Source: Minisyncoccia bacterium
GTDB lineage: Bacteria > Patescibacteriota > Minisyncoccia > Phycocordibacterales > JAKFXT01
Assembly (NCBI GenBank): GCA_041485465.1
Contig: JBGPJO010000003.1
Location: forward strand, 3,705 to 67,704
Direction: 5' to 3'
Length of the DNA stretch: 64,000 nucleotides
The notes beneath the pieces are model-generated. The model was given only the letters and a program-made list of their open reading frames with translations. It ran no database searches and had not been told where the DNA came from. The translations under genes were made by a program, and so were the position numbers. Below are positions 49,425-56,858 of this stretch, in pieces (within the stretch, counting starts at the first letter, position 1; each line of letters starts with the position of its first letter).

Positions 49425-50015
49425 ATGCAGGACTACATCAATAATTTAATAAACGAAGTAAAAAATACAATAGAGGCTCTGCCTGTAAACGAAATTGCCA
49501 AAGCCTTAAATATTATTCAAGCGGTTTACGAACGTGACGCTAGGATTTATATTTTTGGAAACGGAGGTTCGCTTGCCCTTGCCACTCACTGGGTTAGTGA
49601 TTTTAATAAGACAGTCTTCAGTCATAATTTAGAAAAACATAGTCGGCGTTTTCAGGCTATGCGTGTGCCGTCGACCGAAGAGGAAATGTCGGCTTGGGCT
49701 AATGATGTCGGATATGAAATGATCTTTGCTGGACCTCTTCAAAATTATCTGCGTGAAGGGGATTGCGTTATCGCTATCAGTAGCTCGGGAAATTCAGCTA
49801 ACATTGTAAAAGCCGTTGAATTGGCAAAGCGTAACCATGTGCCAGTGATTGGCCTGTCGGGTTTTGATGGTGGGAAGCTCAATGAGTTAGCTGATGTGAA
49901 GATTTTGGTCAAGACAGCTAAAGGGAAATATGAAATTGTAGAGGGTATTCATGCCGTTATTTTACATATGATCACGAAGTATTTTCAGGATTACTTTGAT
50001 CATCTGATTATGTAA
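49425..50015 (+). CDS. gmhA: sedoheptulose-7-phosphate isomerase (SIS)
   Basis: FGNGGS, WANDVGY, ISSSGNSANI, GFDGG, VEGIH. Confidence 0.88.
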   Translation: MQDYINNLINEVKNTIEALPVNEIAKALNIIQAVYERDARIYIFGNGGSLALATHWVSDFNKTVFSHNLEKHSRRFQAMRVPSTEEEMSAWANDVGYEMIFAGPLQNYLREGDCVIAISSSGNSANIVKAVELAKRNHVPVIGLSGFDGGKLNELADVKILVKTAKGKYEIVEGIHAVILHMITKYFQDYFDHLIM

Positions 50016-50072
50016 GGGGAATGTTTGTAGGGAAGCTATTGTGAGAAACTCTGATTCTGATATATTACCGAA

Positions 50073-50999
50073 ATGATTTCTGTCGTATTCCCGGCCTACA
50101 ATGAGGAAAAAAATGTAGCCGAACTCCACAAGCGTCTGCTCGAGGCCTTTCGGCGCGTGAATGAGCCTTTTGAGATACTTGCGGTTGATAATGGCTCAAC
50201 GGACGGAACACTTGAGCAACTTAAGAAGCTTTCACCGGTGAAAATTATCTCTTTGGCCTACAATATAGGCCAAACTGCCGGACTTGATGCGGGGATACAC
50301 GCAGCGAAGGGAGACATTATTTTCACTATGGACGCCGATTTACAGAATGACCCGGCAGATATTCCCGCGATGCTCAACAAAATGAAAGAAGGCTATGATG
50401 TTGTGGTCGGCTGGCGGAAAGAGAGACATGATTCTTTTGGTCGCCGTTTTTTTTCATCGTTTGCAAATGGTGTAACGCGAAAAATTGCCGGGCTTAATAT
50501 CCATGATTATGGCTGCGCACTTCGGGTGTTTAAGAAAAGTTTTTTGGAAGATGTTCATCTCTATGGCGTCATGCACGTATTCATACCGGTGATTATGGCA
50601 AGCCGTGGTGCGCGAGTTGGAGAAATGGTGGTACATCATCATGAGCGTAAGGCGGGCACTACCCACTACACGTTTCTCCACATGGCAACCGATATAGCCG
50701 ATTTGCTGACTATAAAGTTTTTGTACATTTATGCGATTCGACCGCTAGTATTTTTTGGCACTCTAGCACTAGGAAGTTTTGGTCTGGCATTTCTTTCCGT
50801 CCTCACGGCTATCATATTGAAATTTCAACTAGCATACAATTTAAGCCAGACGCCGCTTCCCGTTCTTTCTGCGCTATTTGTCATTCTTGGTTTTTTGCTC
50901 TTTATGCTCGGCTTTATCGTGGAGCTTTTGATACGTATATACTACGAAGCACGGGGAGTTACTCCGTACCGGATACGCGAAGTGATCGAGATACACTGA
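50073..50999 (+). CDS. glycosyltransferase family 2, ArnC/GtrB-like with two C-terminal TM
   Basis: PAYNEE, DNGSTD, GQTA, MDADLQNDP, DYGC. Confidence 0.92.
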   Translation: MISVVFPAYNEEKNVAELHKRLLEAFRRVNEPFEILAVDNGSTDGTLEQLKKLSPVKIISLAYNIGQTAGLDAGIHAAKGDIIFTMDADLQNDPADIPAMLNKMKEGYDVVVGWRKERHDSFGRRFFSSFANGVTRKIAGLNIHDYGCALRVFKKSFLEDVHLYGVMHVFIPVIMASRGARVGEMVVHHHERKAGTTHYTFLHMATDIADLLTIKFLYIYAIRPLVFFGTLALGSFGLAFLSVLTAIILKFQLAYNLSQTPLPVLSALFVILGFLLFMLGFIVELLIRIYYEARGVTPYRIREVIEIH

Positions 51000-51014
51000 C
51001 CTTATTCTCTACAG

Positions 51015-52202
51015 TTATGCCCAAAGCTTTGCATAAGCCGTGGCGATACCTTCTTCGCTTTCCACAAGAATAGTAGAAACGCCAGCGGCATCTCCCGCTT
51101 CTTTATCTCGTTCATCATCTCCCACAAAAACAGCGTGCGAAAGATCTATGTTGTGTTCGCGCGCAACTTGGAAAAACATCCCGGGCTTGGGTTTGCGGCA
51201 GTCACAGGCGCTATCCCAACCGTGCGGGCAAAAATAAATTCCGTTTAGGTGCACGCCATAGACCCCTAATTCTCGCTCCATCTTTTTGTGGATTTGATTT
51301 AATGTATCAAGTGTTAAAGCTCCGCGTGCGATGCCCGGCTGGTTTGAGACGACATATAATTCAACTCCTTTTTTTGTCAGAGCAACAAGAGCCTCTATTG
51401 CCCCCGGTAGAAAAACAAACGCCTCGGGGGTTTTTATGTAATCAGCCTTTGGTGCTTTTACATTGAGTGTTCCATCGCGATCAAGGAAGAGCACTTTTCT
51501 TTGAGGATCGAGTGCTTGTGTGACGCCCGGCAGACGCTCGTTATCGGTAAGACTCCAGTACGGCTGATGGGTAAGAAAGCCCGCAAGCTCTTTTTTAGCA
51601 ATGAGTTTGGGTAAAACCGTTTCTTCAAAATTTACATTTTTTTCAGGTAAAAGGTCGAGCGCTTTGCGCGAAAGGATAAAAAAACCAATATCGACTCCGT
51701 TCAGTCCAGAAGCTTTTCGTGCTTTGTCGTATATCTCTACCAGGCCGGTTTCTCCAACGAGTATATTGTTTTTTTTTGAAGGGTCACTCCGCTCGTATAC
51801 AGTCACAAGATTGGGCGCAGAAGTTTTTTCACGATGCTTTATCAATTTCTCCAAATTAAGAGGCCAATAATTATCACCATAGAGAAGAAGGAACTCCTCA
51901 TTAAGTAGAGGTTTTGCTCTTTGTAAACGTTTTCCCGTCTCGTCTTCAACCAATCCCTGACTGTGTCTTATACGTACACCAAATTTCGAACCGTCTCCAA
52001 AGTATGCCGGAAACTGCTCAGCGAGATATCCCGTCAAAAAAATAATTTCCTCGATACCGTTTCTTTTTAATAGTTCAACAAGATACTCTGCAAATGGTTT
52101 GCCATGGATTCTTAGGAGTGGTTTAGGGGTGGTGAGAGTGAGCGGTCTTAAGCGTGCTCCTTGTCCTCCAACAAAAATTACTGCTTGGGTGATCTTTCTC
52201 AT
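51015..52202 (-). CDS. fused heptose-1-phosphate nucleotidyltransferase (HddC-like) / heptose-1,7-bisphosphate phosphatase (GmhB)
   Basis: GGQGARLRPLT..PKP, LYGD; then FLDRDGTLN, SNQPG, CPH...CDCRKPKPG, VGD..RD. Confidence 0.88.
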   Translation of the reverse strand: MRKITQAVIFVGGQGARLRPLTLTTPKPLLRIHGKPFAEYLVELLKRNGIEEIIFLTGYLAEQFPAYFGDGSKFGVRIRHSQGLVEDETGKRLQRAKPLLNEEFLLLYGDNYWPLNLEKLIKHREKTSAPNLVTVYERSDPSKKNNILVGETGLVEIYDKARKASGLNGVDIGFFILSRKALDLLPEKNVNFEETVLPKLIAKKELAGFLTHQPYWSLTDNERLPGVTQALDPQRKVLFLDRDGTLNVKAPKADYIKTPEAFVFLPGAIEALVALTKKGVELYVVSNQPGIARGALTLDTLNQIHKKMERELGVYGVHLNGIYFCPHGWDSACDCRKPKPGMFFQVAREHNIDLSHAVFVGDDERDKEAGDAAGVSTILVESEEGIATAYAKLWA

Positions 52203-52264
52203 ACAAGTAATATACACAAATATCAAAAAGCGGCTATTTTTTTATTTCCCTTCGAGAGAGAGGT

Positions 52265-52299
52265 AAAAAAATGCGCCGCACAAAGGAGAGCGCGGCGCA
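52265..52299 (-). terminator. Rho-independent terminator
   Basis: TGCGCCGC...GCGGCGCA stem with A7 run on its left. Confidence 0.7.
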
Positions 52300-52327
52300 A
52301 TTTGGGGGACAGAACGTTGATAGAGCT

Positions 52328-52954
52328 CTACGAGGCCAGGTATTTAAGAATGTCCGATACTTGCCTTTCGAACTGGACGCTCGTATCGACGGCGAGATGT
52401 TCGTATCTTGAGAGCTCTGACGGAACGATCGGTTGATTCTTGAGATGTTTCCGCCACGCCTCGTCGGATGCGAGCTTACTCTTATCGCGCGAAGCATCAC
52501 GACTAATCATTCGTTGCCGCACCACTTCTTCTGGTGCCCGGCAGTGAAGGATCTTAAGAGAGTAGTGAACTCCTCGAAGAACTGGCACGAGAATATTCTC
52601 GATGTAGCCGATCCGTAGCTCGTTCTGGAAGTTTCCGTCGACGACCACATGCTTGCTGAGAAGCAAGTTGTCCTTGGCAAGCCGGATCATGGTGTCATAT
52701 GTCTGGTATTTGACGCACTCTGTGTAGTATTCGTTCCAGCTTGGATGTCCGCGCAAACACTCTTGCCTGCGGTAGGGGGTGATAGGGTCCCCATCTGGGC
52801 CAGCCGGTTTCCACGAAAAGCCATCGTTTATTGTATCCTTATCGATGAGAATACTGTCGGAAAGGTCTTGCACGAGTTTGTGAGTGAAAACGGTCTTGCC
52901 GACAGCGGCCGTTCCGGCTACTAGAATAAGCCGGGGAGGTGTGGGGAGTATCAT
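52328..52954 (-). CDS. P-loop kinase-like protein (AAA_33 type)
   Basis: Walker A GTAAVGKT, IDKD, VVVDG, R..SR...RD lid. Confidence 0.82.
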   Translation of the reverse strand: MILPTPPRLILVAGTAAVGKTVFTHKLVQDLSDSILIDKDTINDGFSWKPAGPDGDPITPYRRQECLRGHPSWNEYYTECVKYQTYDTMIRLAKDNLLLSKHVVVDGNFQNELRIGYIENILVPVLRGVHYSLKILHCRAPEEVVRQRMISRDASRDKSKLASDEAWRKHLKNQPIVPSELSRYEHLAVDTSVQFERQVSDILKYLAS

Positions 52955-52998
52955 TCCGTAGCTCCTTTTTCCACTCTGATTTCTAGGTATCTAGAAAA

Positions 52999-53027
52999 AT
53001 GATATCACATTAATATTAATAAGTCAA
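52999..53027 (-). promoter_or_regulatory. sigma70-like promoter
   Basis: TTGACT-N17-TATCAT on minus strand; SD AAGGAG at 52962-52967. Confidence 0.7.
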
Positions 53028-53112
53028 GTCTTTCTCAAGAGATACATTGAGCCCATTAAGAAATCACTATTGAGGGTTACCGTACCTATGGTGGCGTGCT
53101 ATACTTCTCAAA

Positions 53113-55263
53113 ATGAAAATAAATTCCATACTTCGCTATTTCATTCTGGCCGGTATTTTCCTTGTTCCGTTCATTGCGCTTATAGTAGCGCAGAGCATGT
53201 TTTTCCCTTTTATTACAGGGAAAAATTTCTTATTTCGCATTCTTATTGAAATTCTTTTCGGTCTGTATCTCGTTCTTGCCGTTAGGGACGCAAACTACCG
53301 ACCAAAATTTTCGTGGCTCTTCGGCGCCTTTGTAGTTTTCCTTTTGATTATTGGCATTGCGGACATTTTCAGCGAGAACCCGTTCAAGAGTTTCTGGAGC
53401 AACTATGAGCGCATGGAGGGGTATGTTACCTTCCTTCACCTCTTTGCCTATTTTGTTGTGGCAAGCGCCCTATTAAATACGGAAAAATTATGGGAACGTC
53501 TTTTTCAGACTTCGCTTGGAGTGAGCGTTATCATGTCGCTTTACGGTGTTTTGCAATATGCTGGCACTCTTCAAATTCACCAAGGTTCAAACCGTCTCGA
53601 TGCAACGCTTGGCAATGCTACTTATCTTGCGATTTATGTTCTTATCCATATTTTTCTTGCCCTTTTTCTTTTTTTCAGAGAAAGACAGCATCTTTGGATA
53701 CGTATTTGTTATCTTATAGCCCTCTCACTCAATCTTTTCGTGCTGTATCAAACACAAACTCGCGGCGCGATTCTCGGTCTTATTGGGGGAGTACTTCTCA
53801 TCACGGTCATTCTTGCAATTTTTGAACGACAGGATAAGCGTCTTAGAAAATTTGCAATCGGAGGAGTTGCCGTCGTCCTTGTTCTTGCTGGGCTGTTTTT
53901 CTTAATACGCAATACTTCATTCGTAAAGAATCATCCGACACTTGACCGTCTTGCCTCGATCACGCTTGAAGGAGCCTCTGCCAACCCGCGCTTTATGATT
54001 TGGGAACTTGCCTGGCAGGGGTTTAAAGAACGCCCGATTTTGGGCTGGGGTCAGGAGAGTTTTAATTATGTCTTCAATAAGTATTATGATCCGAAACTCT
54101 ACGGCCAAGAGCAATGGTTTGATAGAACTCACAATGTAATCTTTGATTGGCTTATTGCCGGGGGGTTACTCGGGCTTTTGGGATATCTGTCCCTGTATCT
54201 TCTTGCGCTCTATTACATCTGGAGAAAAGGAGAATTTACCTTTAAAGAAAAAGCGGTCTTTACGGGAATGTTTGCTGCGTATTTTTTCCACAACCTCTTT
54301 GTTTTTGACAATATTGTCTCACTCATTCTTTTCATGACATTTCTTGCGTATCTCCATTCTCATGCCACGCGGGGGAAAGACCCTCGTTTCAAACAAGAAG
54401 CCCCTCAGTGGCTCAAGCTTTCAGCTCTCCCTTCCGGTATTTTAATTTCTGTCGCACTTATTTATTTTGTAAACTGGACCGCCTATTTTGCGAATCTCAC
54501 CCTTATAAAAGCGCTCGTCGCGGTACAAAATCCTGAGCAAAGTCTCACGTATTTCAAACAAACTCTCGCCTACAATGGTTTTGGCAATCAAGAAACCCGC
54601 GAACAACTGATGCAATTTACGGTTAATCTAAGGAGCAACACCCAGATAGCCGATAGTGTAAAGCAAGAAGCACTTATTCTTACCAGTACGGAAATGCAAA
54701 AGATGATTGCCCAATCCCCAAACGATGCTCGCCATTTTCTCTTTTACGGAACGGTCCTTGATGCCTACGGGCAATATCCGCAAGCTGAAACAGCTCTTAG
54801 CCGCGCACTGCAGCTCTCTCCCAAGAAGCAATCGATTCTCTTCCAGCTTGGCACTCATTACCTCAATTCAGGAAATCAACAAAAAGCATTGGCGGTTTTT
54901 AAGCAAGCGTATGATCTTGCTCCAGAGTATAACGAAGCCAGGCTTATCTACGCGATGGGGGCGATTTACGCAGGGAATAACGCTCTTGCTACTGAGCTTC
55001 TCGGCAATCAAATTGTAATCGACGATAGATTATTACGCGCCTATGCCGATACGAAGCAGTGGGGGAAAGCAATCGCGATTGCGCAGGCGAAGGTAAATCT
55101 TAATCCGAATGATCCGAACACTGAGCTCTTTCTTGCCGCCATTTATTATCAGGCCGGGCAAAAACAAAATGCGATCGCTGTTATTAAAGCAATGATTGCC
55201 GCAAACCCCCAATTTAAAGATCAGGGGGAAGGTTATATTAAACAAATTGAAGCAGGGAAATAG
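53113..55263 (+). CDS. O-antigen ligase (Wzy_C)/oligosaccharyltransferase-like protein with C-terminal TPRs
   Basis: ATLGNATYL, TQTRGA, R..IW, RPILGWGQE, DRTHN, then helical TPR repeats. Confidence 0.88.
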   Translation: MKINSILRYFILAGIFLVPFIALIVAQSMFFPFITGKNFLFRILIEILFGLYLVLAVRDANYRPKFSWLFGAFVVFLLIIGIADIFSENPFKSFWSNYERMEGYVTFLHLFAYFVVASALLNTEKLWERLFQTSLGVSVIMSLYGVLQYAGTLQIHQGSNRLDATLGNATYLAIYVLIHIFLALFLFFRERQHLWIRICYLIALSLNLFVLYQTQTRGAILGLIGGVLLITVILAIFERQDKRLRKFAIGGVAVVLVLAGLFFLIRNTSFVKNHPTLDRLASITLEGASANPRFMIWELAWQGFKERPILGWGQESFNYVFNKYYDPKLYGQEQWFDRTHNVIFDWLIAGGLLGLLGYLSLYLLALYYIWRKGEFTFKEKAVFTGMFAAYFFHNLFVFDNIVSLILFMTFLAYLHSHATRGKDPRFKQEAPQWLKLSALPSGILISVALIYFVNWTAYFANLTLIKALVAVQNPEQSLTYFKQTLAYNGFGNQETREQLMQFTVNLRSNTQIADSVKQEALILTSTEMQKMIAQSPNDARHFLFYGTVLDAYGQYPQAETALSRALQLSPKKQSILFQLGTHYLNSGNQQKALAVFKQAYDLAPEYNEARLIYAMGAIYAGNNALATELLGNQIVIDDRLLRAYADTKQWGKAIAIAQAKVNLNPNDPNTELFLAAIYYQAGQKQNAIAVIKAMIAANPQFKDQGEGYIKQIEAGK

Positions 55264-55270
55264 AAATTAT

Positions 55271-55299
55271 TTGACATACTTTTCAACTTTTGCTACACT
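55271..55299 (+). promoter_or_regulatory. sigma70-like promoter
   Basis: TTGACA-N17-TACACT with TG extension. Confidence 0.75.
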
Positions 55300-55304
55300 G
55301 TTGG

Positions 55305-55373
55305 TGTGTGAGTGCTAACAATTGTTAGCTTTTCCAAAGAATGTCTGCGAAGAAGCCCTTTAGGGGGCTTTTT
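55305..55373 (+). ncRNA. candidate ~70-nt small RNA
   Basis: Between strong promoter and terminator AAGCCCT-ttag-GGGGCTT-TTT; internal palindrome GCTAACAATTGTTAGC; no meaningful ORF. Confidence 0.45.
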
Positions 55374-55400
55374 CGTTTCCATAATTTGTTATACTTGCGG

Positions 55401-55477
55401 TACTCTTCTTAGGGAGGGTGAGCGGCTGCACTCACATTTAAGATATTTTTTGGAGCTAGCACCCGCTCACCCTTTTT
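55401..55477 (+). ncRNA. candidate small RNA or murB attenuator leader
   Basis: TGtTATACT at 55387-55395; 11-bp stem AGGGTGAGCGG/CCGCTCACCCT + TTTT. Confidence 0.4.
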
Positions 55478-55486
55478 AAGCGGAGT

Positions 55487-56503
55487 ATGAAAATCAGGGA
55501 AAACGTCTCCCTCAAAGATTACACAACTTTTCGGATTGGCGGAAAAGCCAGGTATTTTACTGACGTCCAGTCCGAAGCCGAGCTTAAAGAAGCGGTGATG
55601 TTTTCGAGCCGTGAAAAAATCCCTGTTTTTATATTAGGTGGCGGCTCAAACACACTGGTGAGCGACGGCGGATTTTCCGGTCTTGTTATTAGAATCGGCA
55701 TTCAGGGAATTTCTTCTGAAGATAGGGGGGGAAAAGTGAAAGTACGCGTTGGCGCGGGAGAAGACTGGGATCAATTTGTCAGCCGGATGGTTTCAAAGGG
55801 TCTCTTTGGTGTTGAGAATCTCTCGTACATTCCCGGCACCGTTGGGGCCGCGCCGATTCAAAATATCGGCGCGTATGGAAGCGAAGTGAAAGATACTATT
55901 GAGGCGGTTGAGGTGTTTGATACTGAAATTCTAGAAATGAAGACGCTCACAAATTCTAAATGTGGCTTCGGCTACCGAACAAGTATTTTCAAAACCGAGA
56001 TAGGAAGAAAATGGATTGTCACATCAGTTATCTTTAAACTTTCCAAAAAAGGCATTCCTAATATTTCATACAAGGACGTAGCGCTGTACTTTACACAAAA
56101 CCGTAAGGGACTGACACTTTCATCAATTCGCGATGCTGTCATCGCTGTCAGGAAGGGGAAACTTCCCGATGTGAAAAATATCGGTACGGCTGGCTCTTTT
56201 TTCAAAAATCCCATTATCACTAGGGATAAATATGAAGAATTAAAGGCCACATTTGGAGAAATACCCGGTGTTTTAATCAGCGGTGTATCGGTCAAAGTAC
56301 CCGCAGGCTGGCTTCTTGATCATATCGGTGGTTTTAGGGACGTACGTCGGGGCGATGCCGGCGTCTGGAATCGTCAGGCGCTGGTGATTGTTAATTTAGG
56401 CAAGGCAACAAGTAAGAATATTTTATCGCTTGCAAGCGTCATGCGGGAGAAAATAAAAAAAGAAACCGGAATTACTCTTGAGCCGGAAGTGGTGATAGTC
56501 TGA
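55487..56503 (+). CDS. murB: UDP-N-acetylmuramate dehydrogenase
   Basis: TTFRIGG, LGGGSN, IPGTVGAAPIQNIGAYG, FGYRTSIFK, AGSFFKNP, LEPEV. Confidence 0.96.
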   Translation: MKIRENVSLKDYTTFRIGGKARYFTDVQSEAELKEAVMFSSREKIPVFILGGGSNTLVSDGGFSGLVIRIGIQGISSEDRGGKVKVRVGAGEDWDQFVSRMVSKGLFGVENLSYIPGTVGAAPIQNIGAYGSEVKDTIEAVEVFDTEILEMKTLTNSKCGFGYRTSIFKTEIGRKWIVTSVIFKLSKKGIPNISYKDVALYFTQNRKGLTLSSIRDAVIAVRKGKLPDVKNIGTAGSFFKNPIITRDKYEELKATFGEIPGVLISGVSVKVPAGWLLDHIGGFRDVRRGDAGVWNRQALVIVNLGKATSKNILSLASVMREKIKKETGITLEPEVVIV

Positions 56504-56530
56504 ATTTTTTTCAAAGCGGGCTCTTGAAAG

Positions 56531-56539
56531 TTATCCACA
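56531..56539 (+). promoter_or_regulatory. DnaA box
   Basis: Perfect TTATCCACA in intergenic DNA. Confidence 0.5.
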
Positions 56540-56688
56540 CTTTTCCTGTTAAAATCATTGTGGCCATGTTGTAATTGTTCGATAATTAAGACAGTACAGT
56601 GTAGTCGCAAAGCTTTTGTATGAGAACCTCTCTCATGCGAAGGAGAGGTCGGCGATGTACACTCTTAGCAGTAAATGCAGTTTCTATT

Positions 56689-56757
56689 ATGGCAAGAAAG
56701 CGACGCAAGGCCGCCCCGAAGAAGAAAAAGGCCACCAAAAAGAAAAGAAGGAGATAA
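56689..56757 (+). CDS. 22-aa Lys/Arg-rich peptide MARKRRKAAPKKKKATKKKRRR
   Basis: ATG 56689 to TAA 56757, followed 20 nt later by a strong terminator; below ORF-track cutoff. Confidence 0.65.
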   Translation: MARKRRKAAPKKKKATKKKRRR

Positions 56758-56776
56758 TTCTTCTTTCTCACTTTAG

Positions 56777-56813
56777 ACAAAATTCCCTTAAGAGCTTAAG
56801 GGAATTTTGTTTT
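56777..56813 (+). terminator. strong (likely bidirectional) terminator
   Basis: ACAAAATTCCCTTAAG-ag-CTTAAGGGAATTTTGT perfect inverted repeat + TTT. Confidence 0.85.
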
Positions 56814-56858
56814 CCCAAAAAAGAAGCGTCTAAGGGCTCAATATGCTAGTATGTCCCA

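Noticed and set aside
56504-56600. Replication origin suggested by a DnaA box
   Set aside because: Single box, no cluster or clear unwinding element, and no dnaA/dnaN nearby.
56616-56849. 77-aa ORF from the track upstream of secA
   Set aside because: Runs through a strong terminator and looks like the off-frame reading of the K/R-rich peptide; not fully excluded because of an SD-like sequence before ATG 56655.
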